Source of the DNA: Shigella phage A2
Sequence record: OP197928
Strand: one strand, 5' to 3'
Length of the DNA: 64,000 bases
A program made the translations under genes and the position numbers. Below the pieces are notes generated by a model that saw nothing but the letters and a program-made list of their open reading frames with translations, ran no database searches and had not been told where the DNA came from. Positions 48,492 through 57,638 of this stretch are shown piece by piece (position 1 is the first letter of the stretch; every line of letters starts with the position of its first letter).

Positions 48492-49400
48492 TTAAGATTT
48501 AAGTAAATCAACAATTTTAATTAATTTTTCACGCTCAGATTTAGCTTTACTACTCAATCCAGATAGTCTGAAAATTTCATCGTCATACTGTTGAATAGAA
48601 ATATTCAGCTCTTCAATTTGCTTATTAAAATAATCAATTTGCTCAGAATGTTTTTCATTACTGCGAACTGGTACAGGTTTTGTAGGTAATTTAGATGAAC
48701 TGGATTCATCCGGGCGATAAATTAAAATACAACTTGAACCAATCGGGCATTTAGCACCAGACACATATTCTAATGTTCCGGCTTCTTTTAAAACTTCAAA
48801 AGCTAAACAGAGATGATGCCCCATATTAACATAATCTGTAGAGCGAGCTCTGACGTAATAATCATCGCCGCGAATACTAAATTTAAAGCATTTAAGGTCT
48901 TCTGTATTATTGGTCTTAAAAATCATTTGTTTATCTAGACCTTTAGCTAATCGAGCGCCTAATGCTAATAATCGTCGTTGATTTTCCCACAAATCTGCGA
49001 TCATTTGGTCAAATGATAATTTCGGCATTAGTCGACCGTAAAGATCATAGCCTTTATTATAATTGCGAAGAATTTCACTTGCATTAATACGAGACAATGC
49101 TCCAATTTTATTAAGGGCTTTCATAATGCGATTAGATAAACCCATTCCAGACCCGTTTGTTCGCTGTAAATGTTTTTCTAATCCAAATCCAATATCAACT
49201 TTAAACTTATCTAAAATTTCTGCATGAACATCTCTGTCAATAACATCCAAATCCAAAGTTGGGTTAAATCTATGAAAAAATTTATCTGGCTCTCCACGAC
49301 GAAGTACAGTCCATTCATTCAATTTTTTATTAACTAAAGATTTAATTACTGCATTGACATTATTAATTACTACTGACATATTTTCCTCACTCAATTTCAA
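48492..49400 (-). CDS. hypothetical protein with C-terminal coiled-coil tail, 302 aa
   Basis: coiled-coil C-terminus. Confidence 0.55.
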   Translation of the reverse strand: MKLSEENMSVVINNVNAVIKSLVNKKLNEWTVLRRGEPDKFFHRFNPTLDLDVIDRDVHAEILDKFKVDIGFGLEKHLQRTNGSGMGLSNRIMKALNKIGALSRINASEILRNYNKGYDLYGRLMPKLSFDQMIADLWENQRRLLALGARLAKGLDKQMIFKTNNTEDLKCFKFSIRGDDYYVRARSTDYVNMGHHLCLAFEVLKEAGTLEYVSGAKCPIGSSCILIYRPDESSSSKLPTKPVPVRSNEKHSEQIDYFNKQIEELNISIQQYDDEIFRLSGLSSKAKSEREKLIKIVDLLKS

Positions 49401-49794
49401 TTTTACTAAATATACAGAATATGATGGAAAAGACTATATAAGCACCGCATACAGATTGAACTAATACCATTCCAAAGAACCAAACAATATTATCAAACAA
49501 TGTCTGTTTTACGTCGAAAGGACGTAAACTTACAGTAATATTATCGCCTTTTTCTATTGATGAATACATCTCTGGGGAAATATATTCGCTAAATCTATAA
49601 CCGTCTTTGAGTTCATATACGGCAATAAACGATAAACTAGACCCCTTTCCTTGAGTTCCTGTAAGGGTATTAACTACAGTAACATCATAATCTTTATAAT
49701 GCATATAATCATTAATTGCGTAATAACCATATGCAATTACTATACATAAACAACATATCAATAAATTCAATCTTTTAATTATCAACTGTTTCAT
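49387..49794 (-). CDS. membrane protein, 135 aa
   Basis: N- and C-terminal hydrophobic segments. Confidence 0.5.
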   Translation of the reverse strand: MKQLIIKRLNLLICCLCIVIAYGYYAINDYMHYKDYDVTVVNTLTGTQGKGSSLSFIAVYELKDGYRFSEYISPEMYSSIEKGDNITVSLRPFDVKQTLFDNIVWFFGMVLVQSVCGAYIVFSIIFCIFSKIEIE

Positions 49795-49849
49795 AATAAT
49801 CTCAATTAAAAGGGCTTAGAACCATTATACCATCCTTGGTATAAAGCGG

Positions 49850-50377
49850 TTATGCGAGTACCGTCTTTAACCGTTCTTCAAATTTCCGAAGAGTGTTCTG
49901 GCGTTCAGCTCTTTGCTTTTTGTAAGTTTCAATACGCTCTGAAATGAGAGTGTATCGTTCATTTACTGATTCTTTCATAAAATCAGGAATTTCACGAGAA
50001 GCTTTAATCTCGTCAAATTTATCAATAACAGCTTGCTCTTCAGCAATTAAGTTATCATACATCAAAATATCTTTCTTGATGAACTCAATATCTTCTTGAG
50101 TTACACGAGATAATTTAGATGCTTTATCCTTTTTGTACTGTTCGTTAGTATCACGAGACCAGTGTAATGTACGATTTTTATTCGTATTCTTGTAAATTTC
50201 TACAATACCAATCTCATCGATAATAACGATCCAATTCCAACGGGATTTGTAAATTTGTCCTCCATCAACCGTGATTTCACCACCGATTGAGACATCATTA
50301 AAGAACTTGCTTTGAGCTTCAGATTTAAATTTACCATCATTGTAGTTTACCAAGTTGAAAATATCTTTAGCATTCAT
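49850..50377 (-). CDS. hypothetical protein, 175 aa
   Basis: ATG 50375-50377 with GGAGGA SD downstream of early promoter 50406-50435. Confidence 0.55.
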   Translation of the reverse strand: MNAKDIFNLVNYNDGKFKSEAQSKFFNDVSIGGEITVDGGQIYKSRWNWIVIIDEIGIVEIYKNTNKNRTLHWSRDTNEQYKKDKASKLSRVTQEDIEFIKKDILMYDNLIAEEQAVIDKFDEIKASREIPDFMKESVNERYTLISERIETYKKQRAERQNTLRKFEERLKTVLA

Positions 50378-50405
50378 TTTCTGTTCCTCCGTAGTTGATA
50401 GTTGT

Positions 50406-50435
50406 ATAATACCACAGAGGAACAGTCTTGTAAAC
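50406..50435 (-). promoter_or_regulatory. early promoter
   Basis: reverse complement GTTTACaagactgttcctctgtggTATTAT. Confidence 0.55.
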
Positions 50436-50437
50436 AA

Positions 50438-50752
50438 CTAAAAGAAACTTCTTTCACAATTTTTTCCACTGAACCAAGCGCTCACTGCTTTCTTAGTCTC
50501 AGGAGCAGTGTTATCCATAAACCATTCAAAGGCAGCCTTTTTATGATTCTGGAGGGCTTCTCGGGCTTTAATCTGCTCACGGTCTATTAACACTAACATA
50601 TGAGCCTTTCTTGTCACCAAGGGCTTCTTATGATTCTTGGAGTATTCCCAGTCATTTGTCCAACGCATTGTCGTTGCGAACTGATGAACCGCGTCTTTAA
50701 TTTTAGTTTCGTAAATTTCACGAGCCTTTGAGTATAACATCATTACCTCCAT
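50438..50752 (-). CDS. hypothetical protein, 104 aa
   Basis: GGAGGT SD; minus-strand ORF. Confidence 0.5.
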   Translation of the reverse strand: MEVMMLYSKAREIYETKIKDAVHQFATTMRWTNDWEYSKNHKKPLVTRKAHMLVLIDREQIKAREALQNHKKAAFEWFMDNTAPETKKAVSAWFSGKNCERSFF

Positions 50753-50841
50753 TTACCAGTTTAATTCTAGTCATCTTTTTGATGGCAGTCCATATAATCT
50801 ATTTCTGAACTGCCTTTTTGTCATAGAAGGCCTCTTATGAA

Positions 50842-51810
50842 TTATTTCAGAAGAGTAACCTCAGCAATTTCTTCCCAACCGTTTTTGTCTGTCATAATAA
50901 AGTCAGCAAGATAAAGAGCAGTACGCAGTGAAACATTGCGTAAACGATTAACATTGACTTTCATCCATGATAATGCTTTATAAGTTTCTTCATCAGAAAG
51001 ACCGCGCTTTTGCATCATGTCAGTTGAAAGAATAACATCTTCAACCCTGACCATAATTTCTTCATTAGTGTGAACACCCAAATCCAAATAAACTGAGCGG
51101 GAAACTAATGCTTGTAAATGTGGAGCAAGTTTAGTACCACGATCTAATTCGCGGTCAATATCAACGTTTGTGATAAAAACAATCGTTCCTTTAAATTCAA
51201 ACTCACGCTCAATGCCTTTTTCTTCTAAGTAAGAAGATGCAGTGCTCCAGCAGACTTTACGGGTCTCTCCAGTGTCCAGAGCAGCTTTTAGAAGATTAAG
51301 AATGTCCATATCAGAGAAAACATCCACATCATCAATCAAAAGGACAGAATTCTCTTCACGATTATTCCAAAGCTGTTCATAAAGACCGATACCAGAGATT
51401 TTACCATTAATGCTTTTATATTCAATGTATCCAATATCATTTGCTTTATTTAAAGCTTTATCTAAAGAATACGTTTTACCAATACCCGCCGCACCAGAGA
51501 TAATTAATGAACGAATGTTTCCGTTAATAATACCATTCGTCATCATTCCCATAACATTAAATCTTTTATTAATGCGGGTTTTCATATCTTCATACGATTC
51601 TTTAACTTCTTCAACTTTTACACCATCATATGAAATGTCTGATTTGTAAACCCAAACACCGCGACGCTTACCGTCAATTTCAACAAAAACTTTACCATCT
51701 CCTTGTGCATCTACCGGAGCATTATCTGGGAACCATTCGCCTAAGAGCTCAAAAGTTCCAGAGATTTCTTTACCGAAGTAGATACCCTTATTGATAGTTA
51801 CAGTTTTCAT
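50842..51810 (-). CDS. AAA+ family ATPase, 322 aa
   Basis: Walker A ISGAAGIGKT, Walker B VLLIDDVD. Confidence 0.6.
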   Translation of the reverse strand: MKTVTINKGIYFGKEISGTFELLGEWFPDNAPVDAQGDGKVFVEIDGKRRGVWVYKSDISYDGVKVEEVKESYEDMKTRINKRFNVMGMMTNGIINGNIRSLIISGAAGIGKTYSLDKALNKANDIGYIEYKSINGKISGIGLYEQLWNNREENSVLLIDDVDVFSDMDILNLLKAALDTGETRKVCWSTASSYLEEKGIEREFEFKGTIVFITNVDIDRELDRGTKLAPHLQALVSRSVYLDLGVHTNEEIMVRVEDVILSTDMMQKRGLSDEETYKALSWMKVNVNRLRNVSLRTALYLADFIMTDKNGWEEIAEVTLLK

Positions 51811-51867
51811 TTTATTCTCCTTTGATTTGATAGGACTACTATAACATAGTCCTATCAGTTTGTATAC

Positions 51868-52068
51868 TTATTTTGACATTTCTTCGATGTCACGACGATA
51901 CCCGTCACGAACTTCACGAAGAGCTTCAAGGCCACACATAGGCTCGATACCAGTAATGTGAACTTGATTAATCTGATACTCTACATCTTCTAACTGAGCG
52001 AAAACATAACGACGTTCAGCTGCACAACCAGATTTAGCTTTACCGAAACGTTTATTCAAAGTAGTCAT
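51868..52068 (-). CDS. hypothetical protein, 66 aa
   Basis: minus-strand ORF after early promoter 52107-52136. Confidence 0.45.
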   Translation of the reverse strand: MTTLNKRFGKAKSGCAAERRYVFAQLEDVEYQINQVHITGIEPMCGLEALREVRDGYRRDIEEMSK

Positions 52069-52106
52069 TTTGTATCTCCAATTTACTCATTTGTTTTGAT
52101 AGTTGT

Positions 52107-52136
52107 ATAGTACCATAAAGCTTTATGCCTGTAAAC
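52107..52136 (-). promoter_or_regulatory. early promoter immediately downstream of terminator
   Basis: reverse complement GTTTACaggcataaagctttatggTACTAT. Confidence 0.55.
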
Positions 52137-52154
52137 CGTTTTGTGAAAAATTTT

Positions 52155-52184
52155 TAAAATAAAAAGGGAGCCCGAAGGCTCCCT
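52155..52184 (-). terminator. intrinsic terminator downstream of nucleotidyltransferase gene
   Basis: GGGAGCC-UUCG-GGCUCCC followed by UUUUUAUUUU. Confidence 0.75.
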
Positions 52185-52185
52185 A

Positions 52186-53199
52186 TCATTTATAATAACT
52201 TCGGTGGTTTTCAAGATAAACCCTCTCAAGGAAGTCATCCCAGAAACCCATGTCTACTTTTTGCTGCATACCGTTCTTAGAAGCTTCAATAGATGCTGCT
52301 TCTACTTGATCGACCACATCTTCCAAAAACTCTTGAACAGTTTTAAATGGGTGTTTACCCAGCTTCACGTCGAGAATAAATGGAGCGTCTTGAAGTGGAT
52401 AGACTAAGTCACCAGTTTTGTAAATTTCCAATAGTTGGAGTCCACCACGACAAGCATGACTCAGTGCTTTCCAGTCAATGCCCTCATTCGCTTCAGCCTT
52501 ACGAGCACGTTCACCGTATTCGGCATCAAGTTTATTCAAAGACTGCTTAAGCTCAATAAGAGAAAGTGTTGTCTGATATTTACGACCCAACACAGTGTAG
52601 AACGTTTGTGGACCGGTTTTCTCATGATTATGGAATACCCATTCACAAAACTCGTTTTCAGGGAGTCGGTGTTTGATATCTTCTACCTTAGTTCGGCGTA
52701 AACGATCTGGAATTCCCTCTTGGTAATCAACCCACTGGTCAGGGATTTGATTAACTACTTTCAATACATCACGTAATGCGGCCAAACGAGAACCCTTGAC
52801 ACCGTATTTAGAAGCTTGCTTGCGAACATATCCTAAATAGGATTTCATGTTAGTCGTATAAAAACGAGAACGATTGTCTTGAATAAACTTCCATACATCA
52901 GGCAAATCAGATTTAACTACCAGTTCAGGTGGAGTGTGGAGCATATCCAATGCTACGGTTTCACCATCTGCTGCTAATTTAAAGAAATACTTAAGACTGT
53001 ATAGTTCATGGTCAATATCATCTTTGGTGTTTTTAGATGATGTGTTGTTAGTGTTTTTACTCATATGCTCTTTAACATTTCCAATAAGAATATCGCGAGC
53101 AGGAGGAACAAAGATTTCTTTAAAATCTACATCAGATTCTGGAGTAGAAGTTCCATAAAGATGACTACCAAAATAGCTTTTCATTACTGTTTTCATCAT
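52186..53199 (-). CDS. putative polymerase-beta superfamily nucleotidyltransferase, 337 aa
   Basis: N-terminal GS-x10-DVD motif (GSHLYGTSTPESDVDF); followed by strong terminator. Confidence 0.5.
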   Translation of the reverse strand: MMKTVMKSYFGSHLYGTSTPESDVDFKEIFVPPARDILIGNVKEHMSKNTNNTSSKNTKDDIDHELYSLKYFFKLAADGETVALDMLHTPPELVVKSDLPDVWKFIQDNRSRFYTTNMKSYLGYVRKQASKYGVKGSRLAALRDVLKVVNQIPDQWVDYQEGIPDRLRRTKVEDIKHRLPENEFCEWVFHNHEKTGPQTFYTVLGRKYQTTLSLIELKQSLNKLDAEYGERARKAEANEGIDWKALSHACRGGLQLLEIYKTGDLVYPLQDAPFILDVKLGKHPFKTVQEFLEDVVDQVEAASIEASKNGMQQKVDMGFWDDFLERVYLENHRSYYK

Positions 53200-53657
53200 T
53201 CAGCCTTATATTCAATAACAGGACATACTTTAGCTTTACGCGCTTTTAAAAATTCGACGATAATAGATTTCTTTGGTTGAATAGGAGGTAAACCTTTATA
53301 CGCCCTATCAATATTTTCTACATGTAAAGCATAATCCTTTTTCCATTTATAATCTTTATATTTTTCATGCAGTTGTGCAGGAATAACAAATGAACCAATA
53401 ATAAGTAAAACAAGCAAAATAGCAAGTATAAATGCTGATGGAATAAGAGTCCATAAACTACCAAAAATAAGCCATTTCTGCATGATTTCTGCGCAGATGA
53501 TAGTTAGACCTGCGAGTATAGTACATCCGAAAAAAGAAACGAAAAATGTAGGGATAACAATAGACCAAAAGTATGCACACAGTGTCTTAGGTCGTTTCCA
53601 TTCGTCGTTAAACAGTTTGAATAATTTATAGTGCCAAGAGTTTTCATTAATAATCAT
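53196..53657 (-). CDS. integral membrane protein, 153 aa
   Basis: two long hydrophobic helices. Confidence 0.5.
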   Translation of the reverse strand: MIINENSWHYKLFKLFNDEWKRPKTLCAYFWSIVIPTFFVSFFGCTILAGLTIICAEIMQKWLIFGSLWTLIPSAFILAILLVLLIIGSFVIPAQLHEKYKDYKWKKDYALHVENIDRAYKGLPPIQPKKSIIVEFLKARKAKVCPVIEYKAE

Positions 53658-53659
53658 AA

Positions 53660-54181
53660 TTATCCTTTCATTGAAGGTGTAACAGTTGTTAAATACTTAA
53701 TCATAGCCTCAGCTTCTGATTTTGATAGTGAAATTTCTTCACCGTTTTGGCGAATAGAAACAAAATCTGGATGACGATCACCACCAGCTTTTAAAACACA
53801 CATATAAGTATCAGCTTCGCCTTCAATATTTGAAATGATTGAAGCAGTTCCACACGAATGTGGTTTTTGATAAATCAATACAGCTTTTCTTCCACCATTT
53901 GACTGTTCATAGGCTTTTAATACATCAAACAAATCAGTTCTTTTATCAATAGCTAAAATGTTATTTTCATCTTCAATGTTAAATCCTTCGGATACTTCAT
54001 AAAGTGTCACCCATAAATCGCCAATATCAATAACAGCGTTCACTTTTCCATGACTTTCAAGAGCATGACAAATTTTCTTGATTTCGTCATAACTCATTTT
54101 AATAATATCATCTCCTTGAATAAGAAAGATGTCATTTTTAAATTCAACACGAATTAAACCACTTTCACTTGAAATAAACAT
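53660..54181 (-). CDS. hypothetical protein, 173 aa, paralog of next gene
   Basis: C-terminus SKSEAEAMIKYLTTVTPSM resembles neighbour. Confidence 0.5.
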   Translation of the reverse strand: MFISSESGLIRVEFKNDIFLIQGDDIIKMSYDEIKKICHALESHGKVNAVIDIGDLWVTLYEVSEGFNIEDENNILAIDKRTDLFDVLKAYEQSNGGRKAVLIYQKPHSCGTASIISNIEGEADTYMCVLKAGGDRHPDFVSIRQNGEEISLSKSEAEAMIKYLTTVTPSMKG

Positions 54182-54187
54182 ATTTCC

Positions 54188-54733
54188 TCACTTTGAAATC
54201 ATAGTTGGAATGACAGAATCAAGATAAGTCTTTAGTGCAATAGCTTCGTCTTTGGTAAATGTGACAATATGTGCTCGAAAATCATCAATTTGACGAATAG
54301 TTAAGACATCTCCATCTTCATAACATTTTGATACGTTTAAAACAGTTTCATCATTCTGATTGCAAGCGTTAGTAATAATAGCATTGCAATTTTTAAACCA
54401 TTTTAAACTATGTTTTCTTTCATTAGAATAATAAAAATATTTAATCTTATCTATAAAACTATCCCAATGGATAACTGATAAGCATATTGACTCGCTTTCA
54501 ATATTAAATCCTGGGCATGAAGAATAAAAATGAATTTTATGCTCATCATTAATGCTTACAATTTTATCAGTATAAGGATTTTCAATTTTGGTTAAATGAA
54601 TGATTTCACTAGGCGTAAAATACAGCATATCGTCTTCTTGTGTCAAACGATACATATTATTTACTTTTTCTATAGCCAATTCACCAAAAAGTGAACTAAC
54701 TTCTAATACTAATCGTTTCGCCGCTACCGTCAT
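54188..54733 (-). CDS. hypothetical protein, 181 aa, paralog of previous gene
   Basis: C-terminus TKDEAIALKTYLDSVIPTM. Confidence 0.5.
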   Translation of the reverse strand: MTVAAKRLVLEVSSLFGELAIEKVNNMYRLTQEDDMLYFTPSEIIHLTKIENPYTDKIVSINDEHKIHFYSSCPGFNIESESICLSVIHWDSFIDKIKYFYYSNERKHSLKWFKNCNAIITNACNQNDETVLNVSKCYEDGDVLTIRQIDDFRAHIVTFTKDEAIALKTYLDSVIPTMISK

Positions 54734-54865
54734 TACATACTCCTCTGAATCATATCAATAATGTTGTTTACCAAATTATAAGTAAACATTGGGTAATTAT
54801 ATTGAATCATCACATACACAACAAACAAAACTTTCATTCTCTTCTCCTTGGCAGTTGACAAGATT

Positions 54866-54895
54866 ACTATACCATAACCTTGCCAACTTGTAAAC
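54866..54895 (-). promoter_or_regulatory. early promoter
   Basis: reverse complement GTTTACaagttggcaaggttatggTATAGT. Confidence 0.55.
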
Positions 54896-54897
54896 CA

Positions 54898-55071
54898 TTA
54901 AATGACGTTTTCAATAAAATTCTGAAGCTTTGTATGAGCATCAACCATGATTTTCAATTCTTCTTTAGCGAAAGCCGTACCTCTTTCCCGAGCAGAATAC
55001 TCATAGTCAGAAACTGCATTAGCATATTCTTCAATTAGCTTCATTAAAAACATCTGCTTTTCAGTTTTCAT
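54898..55071 (-). CDS. hypothetical small protein, 57 aa; not in ORF track
   Basis: ATG 55069-55071; MKTEKQMFLMKLIEEYANAVSDYEY...; early promoter just downstream. Confidence 0.35.
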   Translation of the reverse strand: MKTEKQMFLMKLIEEYANAVSDYEYSARERGTAFAKEELKIMVDAHTKLQNFIENVI

Positions 55072-55255
55072 TATTCCACCTAATCATTTCAAGATATTGA
55101 ACTAACTTAGCTTTGGATTTATCCAAATCCTTTTTAGCTGCTTCTATACCATCGTACGAATATCCTTCACAATGCTCAACTGCCAATTGGTATGAATCTA
55201 TTTCAATATCACGTGCTAATTTAATGATCTTTTCAAACTGTTCACGTGTTAGCAT
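55061..55255 (-). CDS. hypothetical protein, 64 aa
   Basis: minus-strand ORF. Confidence 0.4.
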   Translation of the reverse strand: MLTREQFEKIIKLARDIEIDSYQLAVEHCEGYSYDGIEAAKKDLDKSKAKLVQYLEMIRWNNEN

Positions 55256-55257
55256 AC

Positions 55258-55461
55258 TTAAACTCTCGTATTATGATCGATAATTTCATCAAGAAACATA
55301 TCTAAAGCTTCTACAGCATTATCAACTTTAGCTTCAAGTTCTTCAGCGCCTTTATTTGCAATGCCTGACGAAAACCAAGCAAAGTCACTAAGTTCCTCAT
55401 CTGCTTTACGAATTGAAGCCACTAATTCCTTGATTTTATCTGCTTGCTCTATACTAATCAT
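55258..55461 (-). CDS. hypothetical protein, about 67 aa
   Basis: ATG overlapping upstream stop (TAATG). Confidence 0.4.
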   Translation of the reverse strand: MISIEQADKIKELVASIRKADEELSDFAWFSSGIANKGAEELEAKVDNAVEALDMFLDEIIDHNTRV

Positions 55462-55694
55462 TATTCCACCACATATGACAGAGAGAATATTGCACACGCC
55501 ATGTGAGTTGCAACTTCATCACACATATTATAACGTTTCTTAAGAAATTCTACAAGTTCTTCACTAGTAACTTCATCCATGTCGACGAAAAAATCACCAT
55601 TAATGATGACGTAGATATTTCCTTCTTGATTAAGTGCTTCAATTTTCATGATGTTCTCCTCTTTATCCGATGGTTGTATAGTACCACAGCTCAA
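55461..55694 (-). CDS. hypothetical protein, 77 aa
   Basis: minus-strand ORF after early promoter 55678-55707. Confidence 0.4.
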   Translation of the reverse strand: MSCGTIQPSDKEENIMKIEALNQEGNIYVIINGDFFVDMDEVTSEELVEFLKKRYNMCDEVATHMACAIFSLSYVVE

Positions 55695-55707
55695 ACGGAA
55701 AGTAAAC
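55678..55707 (-). promoter_or_regulatory. early promoter immediately downstream of terminator
   Basis: reverse complement GTTTACtttccgtttgagctgtggTACTAT. Confidence 0.55.
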
Positions 55708-55713
55708 CGGTAA

Positions 55714-55741
55714 AATGAAAAAAGTCTCCCGAAGGAGACTA
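55714..55741 (-). terminator. intrinsic terminator
   Basis: AGUCUCC-UUCG-GGAGACU followed by UUUUUUC. Confidence 0.75.
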
Positions 55742-55744
55742 ATG

Positions 55745-56131
55745 TTATTCGAGGGAAAGAAGATACTTACTCTGGTAAAACATCCCAGTAATATCATCTA
55801 TCGTGCTTTGAATGGCTGGAGGCATTTCTTTATAAATGCTGTTAGATTGGTCTAGTATGTGATCAATCATTTTAATTGTGTCGGTAGGAAGTTTACTGGC
55901 ATCTGGAATTGAAGGTGTGTATTTTCTACCAGAATACCCCAAATATTGCTCACCAAATTTATCAATCAAATCTGGCAACTCGGAGAAAATAAAATCGTAT
56001 GCTTTGTGTCTAGCATAACTTTTAGTTTCAAAATGTGCAGAATGAAAATAAGCTTGTGCAGCCATTAATAAACCTAAGTATTCATCTGCCTTTGAAGGTT
56101 TTCCACTTTGTGAAAAGTCGCTGAATTTCAT
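55745..56131 (-). CDS. hypothetical protein, 128 aa
   Basis: minus-strand ORF followed by terminator 55714-55741. Confidence 0.5.
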   Translation of the reverse strand: MKFSDFSQSGKPSKADEYLGLLMAAQAYFHSAHFETKSYARHKAYDFIFSELPDLIDKFGEQYLGYSGRKYTPSIPDASKLPTDTIKMIDHILDQSNSIYKEMPPAIQSTIDDITGMFYQSKYLLSLE

Positions 56132-56421
56132 TCAGTCTCCAATTTAATGTTCATAATTCTAGCGTATGATTGTGCCATCTCCGCGCCTCGTTCTATACAT
56201 TCAAAATCAGAAGAGCACGGGTCATTTTTATAGGTCGTTCTCATAAAACTATAGAATTGTTCAGACGATTCTACGCTTTTATTTTCAAAAAGCATATAAA
56301 CATGTCTAATACCAGATTCCATAAATTTATCAAAATGAGGATCGACATTCGCTTCAATCGATGGAGATAAAACAAATGACAATCCTAGCATGGCAAAAAG
56401 TGCCGTTGCTTTTAAGGCCAT
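56128..56421 (-). CDS. rI: lysis inhibition antiholin RI, 97 aa
   Basis: N-terminal signal-anchor MALKATALFAMLGLSFVLSPSIEA; 97 aa as T4 RI. Confidence 0.7.
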   Translation of the reverse strand: MALKATALFAMLGLSFVLSPSIEANVDPHFDKFMESGIRHVYMLFENKSVESSEQFYSFMRTTYKNDPCSSDFECIERGAEMAQSYARIMNIKLETE

Positions 56422-56433
56422 AAAGGCCTCCTA

Positions 56434-56646
56434 TCATTTTTGTCCTGTATTTACTTTATGCCGATGCACGGCCTTAACTTTATCAAGGTATTTTTCAAAA
56501 TTTCGCAATCTAGTATAGTCTGCCGGAGATTGGTTGAGTGATACTTCTCGACGCAAAGCTGAAATGATATTTCCAACTTTCCTACGAATTTCATCTAATT
56601 GAAGCACAGTAAGATTGCGAAGTTGCTTTTCAGTTAATTGTAGCAT
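56434..56646 (-). CDS. hypothetical protein, 70 aa
   Basis: minus-strand ORF between tk and rI. Confidence 0.45.
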   Translation of the reverse strand: MLQLTEKQLRNLTVLQLDEIRRKVGNIISALRREVSLNQSPADYTRLRNFEKYLDKVKAVHRHKVNTGQK

Positions 56647-56688
56647 ATATACCCCTTTAGTTAGATAAACCTATTTATAACTTTTGCA

Positions 56689-57270
56689 CTAACCAAGCTT
56701 TTTAGTTAATTCATTCCAATGTTTTCTGCACAAAGAAACATAAATTTCATCACCAATACAGATTTGATTACCTTCTTTAACTGGTGTTCCATCTTCCATT
56801 AATCGAGCTGTCATAATCGCTTTTTTGCCGCAATGACAAACTGCCTTTAGTTCAATAAGTTTATCTGCAATCGCTAAAAGTTCTTTAGAACCTTCAAACA
56901 ATTTTCCAGCGAAATCAGTCCTTAATCCATAAGCCATAACAGGAACATTATATGTATCAACAATTCGGCTTAATTGGTGCACCTGTTCAGTTTTTAAAAA
57001 CTGAGCTTCATCTACAAATACGCAATGAATATCTTTTTGTGCTTCAGCCCATTTATAGAACTCGAAAATATCCATATCATCTGTAATAATATTCGCTTCC
57101 TGTTTAATTCCAATGCGAGAAACAACTTCACAGACAGAATCGCGAGTATCAATAGCAGGCTTAAGAACTAATACACTCATTCCACGTTCTTTATAATTAT
57201 GTGCAGCAGTCAAAAGAGAAGCAGATTTTCCAGCATTCATTGCTGCATAAGTAAAAATTAAACTCGCCAT
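56689..57270 (-). CDS. tk: thymidine kinase, 193 aa
   Basis: P-loop AAMNAGKS, C-terminal Zn-binding Cys; 193 aa. Confidence 0.9.
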   Translation of the reverse strand: MASLIFTYAAMNAGKSASLLTAAHNYKERGMSVLVLKPAIDTRDSVCEVVSRIGIKQEANIITDDMDIFEFYKWAEAQKDIHCVFVDEAQFLKTEQVHQLSRIVDTYNVPVMAYGLRTDFAGKLFEGSKELLAIADKLIELKAVCHCGKKAIMTARLMEDGTPVKEGNQICIGDEIYVSLCRKHWNELTKKLG

Positions 57271-57279
57271 ATCACCTTC

Positions 57280-57465
57280 TTAAAGCGTATTCACATAAGC
57301 TATTAATTCATTTTCTTTCTTATCAAACCGATCAGCAAATTCTTCCTGCTGTTCTGGAGATAGCGGGCCGTATTCATCATAAAAGGTGTTTGCTTCTATA
57401 TGCTCATCTAGAAGTTCATGGATAAGCTCAAACAATTTATCTTTTTGTTCTTTGCTTAGGCTCAC
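57280..57465 (-). CDS. hypothetical protein, 61 aa
   Basis: minus-strand ORF. Confidence 0.45.
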   Translation of the reverse strand: MSLSKEQKDKLFELIHELLDEHIEANTFYDEYGPLSPEQQEEFADRFDKKENELIAYVNTL

Positions 57466-57638
57466 AGTATGTCAATCCCCAAAAGTTTTAAAATGACTCG
57501 TTTCTGATTCATAACCGCTACGATTGAATGACCGTTGGGGTCTTTTTGACCCGATCCAATTATAAATCCTTTTTGTGCAGAAAGTTCAATCAAAACATCA
57601 AGTTCACGTAATAATTGATATTTTAAATCATCATTCAT
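57462..57638 (-). CDS. hypothetical small protein, 58 aa; not in ORF track
   Basis: ATG 57636-57638; MNDDLKYQLLRELDVLIELSAQKGFIIG...; 4-nt overlaps on both sides. Confidence 0.35.
   Translation of the reverse strand: MNDDLKYQLLRELDVLIELSAQKGFIIGSGQKDPNGHSIVAVMNQKRVILKLLGIDIL

Noticed and set aside
50790-50822. Inverted repeat GGCAGT...ACTGCC followed by TTTTTG on the forward strand
   Set aside because: The loop is about 19 nt and the stem only 6 bp; a poor terminator, and oriented for plus-strand transcription where no plus-strand gene exists.
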